A stretch of DNA of 64,000 bases from Hyphomicrobiales bacterium. Its GTDB lineage: Bacteria > Pseudomonadota > Alphaproteobacteria > Rhizobiales > JAJFHC01. Every line of letters starts with the position of its first letter. Positions within the stretch are counted from its first letter, which is position 1. The translations under genes and the position numbers were made by a program. The notes beneath the pieces are model-generated. The model was given only the letters and a program-made list of their open reading frames with translations, did no database searches and was not told the DNA's origin. The DNA lies in assembly GCA_965227875.1 (NCBI GenBank), contig OZ245783.1, positions 4,897,929 through 4,961,928 of the forward strand, read 5' to 3'. Positions 11,246 to 20,430 of the stretch are shown here, piece after piece.

Positions 11246-11652
11246 GACCCGTTCTCCCCTGCCAGTTCGGAGAGGCGGGCGAGACACTTGGACTCCACAT
11301 CGTCGAGCTCGGCCAGGGTCTGCTCGATGTCGCGCTGCTTCTGGTGCAGCTGCGCGCGGCGATCCGCGATCCTGTCGACGAGCAAGCGGAGCTGCCCCCC
11401 TTCCCCCGGCTCGGCATCGTACATATCGATGATTTCGCGGATCTCGGCCAGGCTGAGACCGAGGCGCTTGCCCCTCAGGATCAGCTTGAGCCTCGTACGC
11501 TGGCTCGGCGGGAAAAGCCTGTTCCGTCCCTCGCGGACCGGAAACAGCATGCCCTCGTCCTCGTAGAACCGGACCGTCCGCGTGGATATGCCGAATTCGC
11601 GCGTCAACTCCGTGATCGTATGGAGCTTCTGGCCTTCCATCGTGTCCGTCAT
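11242..11652 (-). CDS. liuR: MerR-family transcriptional regulator, LiuR-like
   Basis: N-terminal MerR HTH (TITELTREFGISTRTVRFYEDEGML) and a C-terminal coiled coil. It is the first gene of the ivd/mcc operon. Start taken at ATG 11652, with ATG 11640 as an alternative. Confidence 0.7.
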   Translation of the reverse strand: MTDTMEGQKLHTITELTREFGISTRTVRFYEDEGMLFPVREGRNRLFPPSQRTRLKLILRGKRLGLSLAEIREIIDMYDAEPGEGGQLRLLVDRIADRRAQLHQKQRDIEQTLAELDDVESKCLARLSELAGENGS

Positions 11653-11715
11653 GCTGGCAATCGTTAGTCCCGTGAAGCGCGACCCCTGCGCCGCAGCGGC
11701 AGAGCTGCATCTCAT

Positions 11716-11737
11716 ATTACGTTTACGTAAAAGTCAA
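11716..11737 (-). promoter_or_regulatory. Candidate LiuR operator overlapping a -35 box
   Basis: The minus strand reads TTGACT-TTTACGTAAACGTAAT. It holds the inverted repeat TTACGT-AA-ACGTAA (plus 11717-11730) and the perfect palindrome TTTACGTAAA (11722-11731), directly downstream of TTGACT (11732-11737). It lies about 65-85 nt upstream of liuR. Confidence 0.45.
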
Positions 11738-11771
11738 TAAAAAGACGCGCGCCCTCGTCTCGGGTCGGCGG

Positions 11772-13151
11772 TCAGACCAGCCAGATCGCCGCCAGTCCGA
11801 GAAACGCGAAAAAGCCGACGACGTCGGTCACCGTGGTGACGAAAACGCTCGAGGCGACCGCCGGGTCGATCTCGAACTGGTCGAGCACCAGGGGAATGAC
11901 GATCCCCGAGAGGCCCGCCACGAGCATGTTGACCACCATGGCCGCCGCGATCACGAGTCCGAGTTGCGGCATGCCGAACCAGACATAGGCCACCGCCCCC
12001 ATGATCACGGCGAAAATGACGCCGTTCAGGAACCCGACGAGCGTTTCCCTGGTGATCATGCGCATGGCGTTGATCAGCACTAGCTCGCGGGTGGCGATCG
12101 AGCGCACGGCGACCGTCATCGTCTGGGTCCCGGCATTGCCGCCCATGGAGGCCACGATCGGCATCAGCACGGCGAGCGCGACCATCTGCTCGATGGTCGC
12201 GTCAAACAGCCCGATGACAAGCGACGCGAGAACCGCCGTGGCGAGATTGACGAGCAGCCAGACGAACCGGTTGCGGGTCGTGCGCAGAACCGTGTCGGCG
12301 ATGCCCTCGTCACCGACACCCCCCAGGCGCGCCATGTCCTCGTGGGCTTCCTCCTGGATGACGTCGACCACGTCGTCGATGGTGATGACGCCGACCAGTC
12401 TCTGGTTTTCGTCGACCACCGCCGCCGACACGAGGTTGTAGCGCTCGAACAGATTGGCCACCTCCTCCTGGTCGCGTTCGACCGGGATCAGGGTCTGGTC
12501 CTCGTCCATGACGTCCTCGACCATCACGTCACGCTTGGTCCGAAGTATCCGGCTGACGGGAATCGTGCCGACGAGGTGGAAGGTCGGGTCGACCACGAAG
12601 ATCTCGAAAAAACTGTTCGGCAGGTCCTCGGCCGTGCGCATGTAGTCGATAGTCTGCCCGACCGACCAGTATGGCGGCACCGCGACCACGTCGGACTGCA
12701 TGAGGCGGCCGGCACTGTCTTCCGGAAAGTCGAGGCTGCGCAGAACGACCGCGCGCTCGACTTCCGGCACCTTCGAGAGAACGTCCTCGCGTTCGGAGTC
12801 CTTCAGGTCTTCCAGCAGATAGACCGCGTCGTCGGTATCCAGTTCCTGGACGGCCTCGGCGAGGGTTTCGTTGGGCAGGACCTCGAGAACCTCGTCGCGC
12901 ACCGACTCCTCGAGTTCGGTGAGGACGGCGTAGTTGAGTTCGGTTCCCAGCGTCGAGACGAATTTCTCGCGCTTGTCGGCGGGCAGCAGCTCGATCAGGT
13001 CCGCCAGATCGGCTTCATGCAGGTCGTAGGTGAGCTCCCGAAGCGGCGCCAGGTCGCCCGCATCGATCGCCTCGGTGATGGCATCGAGGAAAAACGCGGA
13101 GATCTCGTCGTCTTCGTCGCGAATCGTAAGAAGTTCAGCCGCTTCCGCCAT
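11772..13151 (-). CDS. mgtE: MgtE-family Mg2+ transporter
   Basis: 459 aa with an acidic N-domain, tandem CBS region and C-terminal TM domain (...PIVASMGGNAGTQ...). Confidence 0.9.
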   Translation of the reverse strand: MAEAAELLTIRDEDDEISAFFLDAITEAIDAGDLAPLRELTYDLHEADLADLIELLPADKREKFVSTLGTELNYAVLTELEESVRDEVLEVLPNETLAEAVQELDTDDAVYLLEDLKDSEREDVLSKVPEVERAVVLRSLDFPEDSAGRLMQSDVVAVPPYWSVGQTIDYMRTAEDLPNSFFEIFVVDPTFHLVGTIPVSRILRTKRDVMVEDVMDEDQTLIPVERDQEEVANLFERYNLVSAAVVDENQRLVGVITIDDVVDVIQEEAHEDMARLGGVGDEGIADTVLRTTRNRFVWLLVNLATAVLASLVIGLFDATIEQMVALAVLMPIVASMGGNAGTQTMTVAVRSIATRELVLINAMRMITRETLVGFLNGVIFAVIMGAVAYVWFGMPQLGLVIAAAMVVNMLVAGLSGIVIPLVLDQFEIDPAVASSVFVTTVTDVVGFFAFLGLAAIWLV

Positions 13152-13352
13152 GCCGCACCTGTACCTGCCTGTCTCGGGCGATGCACCCTAAGTGTTTCAG
13201 TTATAGGCTCTATGACGGGACTGTGAAACGCGGATTCGAAGGCGCAGGACATTCCGTCGCCGCCGCGATGGATGCGCGCGAACATGCGGGCGGAATGCAA
13301 GGAGGATGGCCTCTTTGCATTCGCCGGCATATTCGAAATTCAGGAAGTCGAT

Positions 13353-13439
13353 TGGTGCGGTCGAGAAGACTCGAACTTCCACCCCATTTCTGGGACAGCG
13401 ACCTCAACGCTGCGCGTCTACCAATTCCGCCACGACCGC
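13353..13439 (-). tRNA. tRNA-Leu (anticodon GAG)
   Basis: The reverse complement reads GCGGTCGTGGCGGAATTGGTAGACGC...CAGCG-TTGAGGT-CGCTG...GGTTCGAGTC...CGACCGCACCA. It has a long variable arm, 87 nt, and an encoded CCA. Confidence 0.9.
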
Positions 13440-13523
13440 ACGTGTTCGATTGGTGCGCCGGATGTATCAAATCCTGCGGCAGCGAACAAGCCTTCTGTGA
13501 CGTCTTGTTGGCTTAAAAGACAA

Positions 13524-13766
13524 CTATCTTTCGGCCGCACCGCTTTTGAGGGTTTCCGAGATCTCCACGGTGATCTTGTCGTCGCTGACGACGACCTCTC
13601 CGATCGCCACGGGCACGTTGTTGGCAAGGACGTGAACCCTGTCGTCCTCTTCGGTCTCGAGTTCGATGACCGCGCCGCGGCCCATCCGCAGCAACTGCTG
13701 GATCGGCATGCGCGCACGGCCGAGCACGACCGCTATCTCTACGGAAACACCACCGACACTGTTCAC
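13524..13766 (-). CDS. Single-domain FliN/SpoA-like protein (orphan)
   Basis: 80 aa with a GTG start (13764-13766) preceded by GGAGG. The sequence VEIAVVLGRARMPIQQLLRMGRGAVIELE...VHVLANNVPVAIGEVVVSDDKITVEISE matches the surface-presentation-of-antigens (FliN C-terminal) pattern. Confidence 0.7.
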   Translation of the reverse strand: MNSVGGVSVEIAVVLGRARMPIQQLLRMGRGAVIELETEEDDRVHVLANNVPVAIGEVVVSDDKITVEISETLKSGAAER

Positions 13767-13993
13767 GGACGACCTCCACGCAAACCGGCATCATGACCAC
13801 GGAACCATCAGTCCCTCACGATGCGCCACTACACTCTGGATAGCCGGTTTATGGTTACCACCCCGTTAAAGCGCCCGGGCCGAAGACCTCGGCATTGCTT
13901 GGTGCGGCGTTTGGACTATTCTGTTCGGCAAGGGGTGCGCGGCGCCATACCCGAGGTCGACGCTCCCTTCCAGAAGTACGCTCCGGATCAGGC

Positions 13994-14737
13994 ATGGACA
14001 GCATCGCGAACACGGACAAGGCGCGCGGCGGCGCCGCGGCGCCCTTTCTGAGCCGGCACGGAGACGATGCCGTCGAATGGCGGGTGTCGGATAGCCTCGT
14101 GCCGTATGACGAGGCCGTCACCGCGATGGAGGCCCGCGCCCGCGCGATCGCCGACGGCGAGGCAAGAGAACTCGTCTGGCTTCTCGAGCACCCCCCTCTC
14201 TACACGGCGGGAACGAGCGCTGACCCCGCAGACCTCGTCGACCCCGACCGGTTTCCCGTGTTCTCCGCCGGGCGCGGCGGCCAGTTCACCTACCACGGTC
14301 CCGGCCAGAGGGTGGCTTACGTCATGCTCGACCTGAAGCGCCGCCGGCCGGACGTGCGCGCGTTCGTCGCCGTGCTGGAAAACTGGATCATCGATACCCT
14401 GGACAGCTTCAATGTCAGGGGCGAGCGGCGTGAGGATCGTGTCGGCGTCTGGGTCCGGCGCCCGGAACTCGGGCCGGAGCGCGAGGACAAGATCGCGGCC
14501 ATCGGGATACGCATCCGGAAATGGGTGTCCTTCCACGGCATCAGCCTGAACGTGGACCCGGACCTCACCCATTTCGACGGGATCGTGCCGTGCGGCGTGC
14601 GCGAGCACGGCGTGACCAGTCTTGTCGACCTGGGCCTGCCGGTGACGATGCCGGATGCGGACCTGGCGCTGAAGTCCGCCTTCGAGCGCCACTTCGGGCC
14701 TGTTGCTTCAGTCGAAAACGTCCGCACGGGACCCTGA
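13994..14737 (+). CDS. lipB: Lipoyl(octanoyl) transferase
   Basis: Motifs [24 protein letters not shown] and [17 protein letters not shown]. Start placed at ATG 13994 (MDSIANT). The ORF-track start 13895 looks over-extended. Confidence 0.9.
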   Translation: MDSIANTDKARGGAAAPFLSRHGDDAVEWRVSDSLVPYDEAVTAMEARARAIADGEARELVWLLEHPPLYTAGTSADPADLVDPDRFPVFSAGRGGQFTYHGPGQRVAYVMLDLKRRRPDVRAFVAVLENWIIDTLDSFNVRGERREDRVGVWVRRPELGPEREDKIAAIGIRIRKWVSFHGISLNVDPDLTHFDGIVPCGVREHGVTSLVDLGLPVTMPDADLALKSAFERHFGPVASVENVRTGP

Positions 14738-15082
14738 CCCGAGTGGGTCCGGTCCGTAGTCGTTCGGACCGTCCGTCCCCTTGAGGATGCCCAGATCGAT
14801 CAGCGCCCACAATGCGCCGACGAGCGGCACGAGCAGCAGCAGGCACCACCAGCCCGACTTGCCGCGGTCGTGGCATCTTTTCACGTAGATGGCGACCATC
14901 GGATAGAGATAGACCAGCGTCACCAGCGCGGTCAGCATCACCGCAGTGTTGCTGCCGGGAAAGGCCATGGAGATGATGACCTGCACGCCCAGGTTGACGA
15001 TGCCGAGGACGATCAGCCCGATCCAGAACGGCTTGCGATTGATCCGTCCGTCAAACGACAGGTAGAGACGTTTCCAGTCCAT
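14708..15082 (-). CDS. DUF805-family inner-membrane protein, paralog A
   Basis: 124 aa. [20 protein letters not shown]...[14 protein letters not shown] is the DUF805 signature. Its 3' end overlaps the lipB 3' end by 30 nt. Confidence 0.8.
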   Translation of the reverse strand: MDWKRLYLSFDGRINRKPFWIGLIVLGIVNLGVQVIISMAFPGSNTAVMLTALVTLVYLYPMVAIYVKRCHDRGKSGWWCLLLLVPLVGALWALIDLGILKGTDGPNDYGPDPLGSGSRADVFD

Positions 15083-15151
15083 GTGCCCCCCGGCTATCTC
15101 GCGACCACGTACGCGCCCGGGTTGCCGCCGGGCGGTACGAGTGGCTGGATA

Positions 15152-15511
15152 TCAGTCGAATACGTCCGCGCGTGCGCCGTCGCCGAGCGGGTCCGGACCG
15201 TAGTCGTTTGGTCCGGGCGTGCCCTTGAGAATGCCCAGATCGACGATGGCCCAGATCAGGCCGACGATCGGAATGATCAGCAGCAGACACCACCAGCCCG
15301 ACTTGCCGCGGTCATGGCACCGCTTCACATAGACCGCGAGACCCGGATAGATCAGGGCCAGCGACAGCAGGATCCCCAGGATCCCGTCGCCGAAAATGGC
15401 CGCGATGATGATGTTGAGGACAAACAGGATAATGACGCCGATCCAGAACGGCTGCCTGTTGATACGTCCGTCGAACGCCAGAAACAGTCTCTTCCAATCC
15501 ATCTGATCCAT
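15152..15511 (-). CDS. DUF805-family inner-membrane protein, paralog B
   Basis: Start MDQMDWKRLFLAFDGRINRQPFW (ATG 15511, alternative 15502). It has the same [14 protein letters not shown] core and the same C-terminal ...[16 protein letters not shown] tail as paralog A. Confidence 0.8.
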   Translation of the reverse strand: MDQMDWKRLFLAFDGRINRQPFWIGVIILFVLNIIIAAIFGDGILGILLSLALIYPGLAVYVKRCHDRGKSGWWCLLLIIPIVGLIWAIVDLGILKGTPGPNDYGPDPLGDGARADVFD

Positions 15512-15618
15512 TTGGAATCTTCCCGTCTTAGTGTCGCCACCCAACGCACGACTCGCTATCGCGCGACAGCGTAGCGCCATCGACGCGGAAAAACAAAGGT
15601 CTGAAAAGGAATTGCGAC

Positions 15619-15876
15619 TCAGTCAGGCAGGCCGAGCGCGCCGCCGTCGAGCAATTCAGGAGGACAGCGCCGGCGACGGCGGATGGCGAGCATCTGCTGG
15701 CCGAGACGCGAGACGATGCTGCTGGCTGTCCCCTGCAGCAAGAACGGGAATATGGCGTGAACGAGGCAGCTCAGGGCCGCGAGACACAACAGGCCGGCAA
15801 ATCCCGCTGTCCGGGCGAAATGCTGAAAATAGGACTCTCCGGTCGTTCCGGGATGATCGGTGAAGATCCGTTCCAT
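15619..15876 (-). CDS. Small hypothetical membrane protein (possibly DUF6356-type), paralog A
   Basis: 85 aa. The HPGTTGESYFQHF...CLVHAIFPFL pattern is shared with the next gene. The family name is from memory only. Confidence 0.5.
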   Translation of the reverse strand: MERIFTDHPGTTGESYFQHFARTAGFAGLLCLAALSCLVHAIFPFLLQGTASSIVSRLGQQMLAIRRRRRCPPELLDGGALGLPD

Positions 15877-15958
15877 GGTCTCGCTCCTGGCTCAGCCTGC
15901 CGGCCAGTCTGGGCGATCATGGTTAGCGAAGCGTTAACCGGAACCCCGGCGGCCCGGG

Positions 15959-16213
15959 TCAGGCCGCCGCTTCCTTTGCTCCAGGGACAGGGTCGGCCGT
16001 CGCGGACAGCGCCTTGCGGTTCACGATCATCCGGTCATGCAGGCGGCCTATGATCCGGCTGCCCGTACGCTCGAAGAGAAACGGCAGAACCGCATGAACC
16101 AGGCAGACCAGCGCACCCGCCCCCATCCAGAATCCGAAGCCGGCGGCATGACGCAAGTGCTGCAGGTAGCTCTCCCCGACGGTTTCCGGGTGCGCGAGAA
16201 ACGGGTTCTTCAT
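15959..16213 (-). CDS. Small hypothetical membrane protein (possibly DUF6356-type), paralog B
   Basis: 84 aa from MKNPFLAHPETVGESYLQHL...CLVHAVLPFL (ATG 16211-16213). It is a paralog of 15619..15876. Confidence 0.5.
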   Translation of the reverse strand: MKNPFLAHPETVGESYLQHLRHAAGFGFWMGAGALVCLVHAVLPFLFERTGSRIIGRLHDRMIVNRKALSATADPVPGAKEAAA

Positions 16214-16342
16214 GTGCTGACCTCCGGTCGGTGCGTTTAAGATCGGGAGACCATACTTGCTAACTGGCGGAATTTTCTTGCTATCTTTCCGCACATTAGG
16301 TCAAAAATTGGAAAATTATTCTACAAACGGACAAAACGAAGC

Positions 16343-16801
16343 ATGGACAGCACCGACAGGAAGATCCTGCGCGAACTTCAGCGAGACGCGTCGCGCTCCG
16401 TGGCCGACATCGCCGACGCCGTCGGGCTGAGTTCCACGCCGTGCTGGCGACGGATACAGAATCTCGAGAAAGCCGGTGTCATCCGGCGCCGTGTCGCCCT
16501 GCTCGATCCCGGCGCCCTCAATGTCGGTGTCGTGGTCTTCGTGCAGATCAGGACCGGCAGCCACTCACGCGAATGGCTGAACGAATTCGCACGGAGGATA
16601 TCGGCGATCGAGGAAGTGATGGAGTTCTACCGCATGAGCGGCAGTGTGGATTACATGCTCAAGGTCGTCGTGCCCGATATCAGGGCCTATGACGCGGTGT
16701 ACAAGCGCCTCATAGAGATCCCCGGGCTTGCCGACGTAAGTTCGGCCTTCGCCATGGAAAGCATCAAGTACTCCACCGAACTGCCGCTGGATTACGTCTG
16801 A
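16343..16801 (+). CDS. Lrp/AsnC-family transcriptional regulator
   Basis: 152 aa. MDSTDRKILRELQRDASRSVADIADAVGLSSTPCWRRIQNLEKAGVI is the classic AsnC HTH, followed by a RAM/ACT-like domain. Confidence 0.9.
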   Translation: MDSTDRKILRELQRDASRSVADIADAVGLSSTPCWRRIQNLEKAGVIRRRVALLDPGALNVGVVVFVQIRTGSHSREWLNEFARRISAIEEVMEFYRMSGSVDYMLKVVVPDIRAYDAVYKRLIEIPGLADVSSAFAMESIKYSTELPLDYV

Positions 16802-16812
16802 GGACGCCCGCC

Positions 16813-18831
16813 CTACTTTTCCGGCAGGTCGAATTCCATGATGATCTCGTCCACCGCCAGAATGTCGCCCGGCGCACAATTGATGTTCGAGACGGTCACG
16901 TCCCGCTCGGCGCGGAGGATGTTTTCCATCTTCATGGCCTCCACCACGCAGAGAACCTCGCCGGTCTTGACCTCCTGGCCCTCCGTTACCGCAATCGAGA
17001 CCACGAGTCCCGGCATCGGGCACAGCAGCATGCGCGACGTGTCGGGCGCGGCCTTGACCGGCATGAGCGCCGCGAGTTCGTCTTCCTGCGTCGTGTAGAC
17101 GTAGAAATCGTGTGACACGCCCCGGTGGGTGAGACGAAGGCCATTGAGTATGCGGGTCACCTGAATCGCCACGGGACGGCCATTGACGCGGCCCTGCCAG
17201 ACGGGGTTGCCCGGAACCCAGTTGCTCTCCACGACCGTCTCGGCCTGGTCCTTCACATGCGCGATGCGGATGAACGGCCCGTCGTCGACGATGTCCACCT
17301 CGTGCCGGCTGTCGTCCGACCGGATGATGCGCCGGCGGGTGAAGGTCACCGGACGCCCGCCGATCTGGCCACTGATCCGCCGCTTGCGCTCGTTCTCCAT
17401 GTGATCGATCGCCGCGGCCACCGAAAGCAGTCGCAGTTCGACGCGTTCCGTCATGGGCGCGCCCTCGAAGCCGTCGGGGTACTCCTCGGCGATGAACGCG
17501 GTCGTCAGGCGGCCTTCGCGCCAGCGTTCATGGGCCATGAGCGCGGCCAGGAACGGGATGTTGTGCTGGATGCCGTCCACGTGGAACGCGTCGAGCGCGT
17601 CGGCCATGTGGTTGATGGCGGATTCACGATCAGGCCCATGGGTACACAGCTTGGCGATCATCGGATCGTAATAGACCGAGATCTCTCCGCCCTCGAACAC
17701 GCCGGTATCGTTGCGGACGGTGAGGCCGTCCTCTGTCGTCCCCTCTTCCGGCGGCCGGTAGCGCACCAGCCGGCCCGTCGAAGGCAGGAAGTTGCGGTAC
17801 GGATCTTCCGCATAGATCCGGGATTCGATGGCCCAGCCGTTGAGTTCGATATCCGTTTGCGCGAGGGTCAGCTCTTCGCCCGCCGCGACGCGGATCATCT
17901 GCTCGACGAGGTCGATGCCGGTGATCAGTTCCGTCACCGGATGTTCGACCTGGAGCCGCGTGTTCATCTCGAGGAAATAGAAGTTCCGTTCGGCGTCGAC
18001 GATGAACTCCACCGTTCCCGCGCTTTCGTAGTCCACCGCCCGGGCGAGAGCCACGGCCTGTTCGCCCATCGCCTTGCGCGTCGCCTCGTCGAGAAACGGG
18101 CTCGGCGCCTCCTCGATGACCTTCTGGTTTCGCCGCTGGATCGAACATTCGCGCTCGCCGAGATAGATCGCATTTCCGTGCTTGTCGCCCAGCACCTGGA
18201 TTTCGATGTGGCGAGGCTCGGTCACGAACTTCTCGATGAATACGCGATCGTCGCCGAAGCTCGAACGCGCTTCCGACATGGAGGACTCGAAGCCTTCCGC
18301 CACCTCGTCGCGCGACCACGCGATGCGCATGCCCTTGCCGCCACCGCCGGCCGACGCCTTGATCATGACCGGATATCCGATGTCGTCGGCGATCTTGACC
18401 GCCTCTTCAGCATCGGCGATGACCCCGAGATATCCCGGCACCGTGTTTACATTGGCGTCGTTGGCGAACTTCTTCGATTCGATCTTGTCGCCCATGACTT
18501 CGATGGCGCGGACGTTCGGTCCGATGAAGGCCACGCCTTCCGCCTCGAGTGCCTTGGCGAATTCGGCGTTCTCGGACAGGAAGCCGTAACCCGGATGAAC
18601 CGCTTCCGCCCCCGTCTCGCGAATGGCCTCGATGATCCTGTCGATCACGAGATAGGACTGGGCGGCGGCCGACGGCCCGATATGCACCGCCTCGTCGGCC
18701 ATCTGCACGTGCAGCGCGCGCGCATCCGCGTCGGAATAGACGGCAACGGTCGCGATGCCCATGCGCCGTGCGGTCTTGATTACGCGGCATGCGATTTCGC
18801 CGCGGTTTGCGATCAGTATCTTCTTGAACAT
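16813..18831 (-). CDS. pccA: Propionyl-CoA carboxylase alpha subunit (biotin carboxylase/BCCP)
   Basis: MFKKILIANRGEIACRVIKTARRMG with ATG at 18829-18831 (the track starts one codon earlier at TTG). It has a C-terminal EAMKME biotinylation motif and sits directly downstream of pccB. Confidence 0.9.
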   Translation of the reverse strand: MFKKILIANRGEIACRVIKTARRMGIATVAVYSDADARALHVQMADEAVHIGPSAAAQSYLVIDRIIEAIRETGAEAVHPGYGFLSENAEFAKALEAEGVAFIGPNVRAIEVMGDKIESKKFANDANVNTVPGYLGVIADAEEAVKIADDIGYPVMIKASAGGGGKGMRIAWSRDEVAEGFESSMSEARSSFGDDRVFIEKFVTEPRHIEIQVLGDKHGNAIYLGERECSIQRRNQKVIEEAPSPFLDEATRKAMGEQAVALARAVDYESAGTVEFIVDAERNFYFLEMNTRLQVEHPVTELITGIDLVEQMIRVAAGEELTLAQTDIELNGWAIESRIYAEDPYRNFLPSTGRLVRYRPPEEGTTEDGLTVRNDTGVFEGGEISVYYDPMIAKLCTHGPDRESAINHMADALDAFHVDGIQHNIPFLAALMAHERWREGRLTTAFIAEEYPDGFEGAPMTERVELRLLSVAAAIDHMENERKRRISGQIGGRPVTFTRRRIIRSDDSRHEVDIVDDGPFIRIAHVKDQAETVVESNWVPGNPVWQGRVNGRPVAIQVTRILNGLRLTHRGVSHDFYVYTTQEDELAALMPVKAAPDTSRMLLCPMPGLVVSIAVTEGQEVKTGEVLCVVEAMKMENILRAERDVTVSNINCAPGDILAVDEIIMEFDLPEK

Positions 18832-18841
18832 CAAGTCCGCC

Positions 18842-20377
18842 CTAAAGTGGAATGTTGTCGTGTTTTTTCCAGGGATTATCGAGCTGCTTGTTCCGCAGCA
18901 TGTGAAGCGCCCGGGCGATGCGGCGGCGCGACGAATGCGGCGTGATCACCTCGTCGATGTAGCCCCGCTCCGCGGCCACGAAGGGCGAGCAGAACCGCTC
19001 CTCGTATTCACGCGTGCGCTCGGCGATCACATCGTCCTTGCCGATATCCTGGCGGAAAATGATCTCCACGGCGCCTTTTGCCCCCATGACGGCGATTTCG
19101 GCCGACGGCCAGGCGTAGTTCACGTCGCCACGCAGATGCTTCGAAGACATCACGTCATAGGCCCCGCCATAGGCCTTGCGGGTGATGATCGTGACTTTCG
19201 GCACCGTCGCCTCGGCATAGGCAAAAAGGAGCTTCGCCCCGTGCTTTATCAGCCCGCCATACTCCTGTGACGTGCCCGGCAGGAATCCCGGCACGTCGAC
19301 GAAGGTGACGATCGGGATTCCGAAACAGTCGCAGAAACGCACGAAACGCGCCGCCTTGCGGCTGGCGTCGCTGTCGAGCACGCCCGCCAGGACCATCGGC
19401 TGGTTGGCGACGAAGCCCACCGTTCGCCCGCTCATCCGCCCGAACCCGGTGATGATGTTCTTCGCGAAGGCTTCCTGGATTTCGAAGAAGTCGCCCTCGT
19501 CGACCACCTTCCCGATGAGTTCCTTCATGTCGTAGGGCTGGTTCGGGTTCTGCGGAACCAGCGTGTCGAGCGACATCTCGACCCGTTCGTCATCGTCGAA
19601 ACTGGGGAGTTCCGGGACATCGGTCAGGTTGTTCGCCGGGAGGAAATCGATCAGACGGCGCATCTGCAGAAGGGCTTCGACATCATTGTCGTAGGCCCCG
19701 TCCGCAATGGACGACTTCGTGGCGTGGACGCTGGCCCCGCCAAGCTGTTCCGCCGTGACGGTTTCGTTGGTCACCGTCTTCACGACGTCGGGGCCGGTCA
19801 CGAACATGTAGGACGTATCGCGGACCATGAAGATGAAATCGGTCATTGCCGGGGAATAGACGTCGCCACCCGCACAGGGCCCCATGATCACGGAAATCTG
19901 CGGGATCACGCCCGAGGCAAGCACGTTGCGCTGGAAAACCTCGCCATATCCGCCAAGGGCCGCCACGCCCTCCTGGATACGCGCGCCGCCCGCGTCGAAC
20001 AGGCCGATGATGGGTGCCCGGTTCTTGAGCGCCATGTCCTGGATCTTGTTGATCTTCTGGGCATGGGTCTCCGACAGAGATCCGCCGAAGACCGTGAAGT
20101 CCTTCGCGAAAAGATAGACCACCCGTCCGTTGACCGTGCCCCAGCCGGTGACGACGCCGTCGCCGGGAAACTTCTGGCCCTGCATGCCGAAGTCCGTGCA
20201 GCGGTGTTCGACGAACATGTCGTATTCTTCGAATGAGCCTTCGTCGAGCAGCAGCGATATACGCTCACGGGCCGTCAGCTTGCCCCTGCCATGCTGCGCC
20301 GAGATGCGTTTCTCGCCGCCCCCCATCCGCGCCTCCGACCGGCGCGACTCCAGTTCTGCGATAATATCCTGCACCAC
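18842..20377 (-). CDS. pccB: Propionyl-CoA carboxylase beta subunit (carboxyltransferase)
   Basis: About 510 aa with a GTG start. Motifs ...[24 protein letters not shown]... and ...[17 protein letters not shown]... are typical of PccB. Confidence 0.9.
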   Translation of the reverse strand: MVQDIIAELESRRSEARMGGGEKRISAQHGRGKLTARERISLLLDEGSFEEYDMFVEHRCTDFGMQGQKFPGDGVVTGWGTVNGRVVYLFAKDFTVFGGSLSETHAQKINKIQDMALKNRAPIIGLFDAGGARIQEGVAALGGYGEVFQRNVLASGVIPQISVIMGPCAGGDVYSPAMTDFIFMVRDTSYMFVTGPDVVKTVTNETVTAEQLGGASVHATKSSIADGAYDNDVEALLQMRRLIDFLPANNLTDVPELPSFDDDERVEMSLDTLVPQNPNQPYDMKELIGKVVDEGDFFEIQEAFAKNIITGFGRMSGRTVGFVANQPMVLAGVLDSDASRKAARFVRFCDCFGIPIVTFVDVPGFLPGTSQEYGGLIKHGAKLLFAYAEATVPKVTIITRKAYGGAYDVMSSKHLRGDVNYAWPSAEIAVMGAKGAVEIIFRQDIGKDDVIAERTREYEERFCSPFVAAERGYIDEVITPHSSRRRIARALHMLRNKQLDNPWKKHDNIPL

Positions 20378-20430
20378 GGCGTACCTTCCCTTGGCCCTTC
20401 GTTCCGATTGGACTGGGGTGTCTTAGCACC

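Noticed and set aside
10479-11417. 312-aa minus-strand ORF overlapping ivd, the PaaI thioesterase gene and liuR in another frame
   Set aside because: It is out of frame with three well-supported genes, and its composition is typical of high-GC off-frame translation.
3-13151. Two Mg2+ transporters (corA and mgtE) within 13 kb as a possible Mg2+ island
   Set aside because: They are separated by unrelated operons and have no shared regulatory element that I could see, so this is likely coincidence.
13152-13352. Possible Mg2+-sensing (M-box-like) leader upstream of mgtE, with an imperfect repeat GTGTTTCAGT ... ACTGTGAAAC
   Set aside because: I could not recognise M-box conserved blocks by eye, and the repeat is imperfect. 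It needs a covariance-model scan before anything can be claimed.
13353-13439. tRNA-Leu as a possible genomic-island integration site next to the orphan FliN-like gene
   Set aside because: There is no integrase, no duplicated tRNA 3' fragment and no mobility genes on either side.
16802-16812. Only 11 nt between the convergent lrp and pccA stops
   Set aside because: It is a real observation, but there is no structure to interpret. It is similar to, and less striking than, the lipB/DUF805 overlap already reported.
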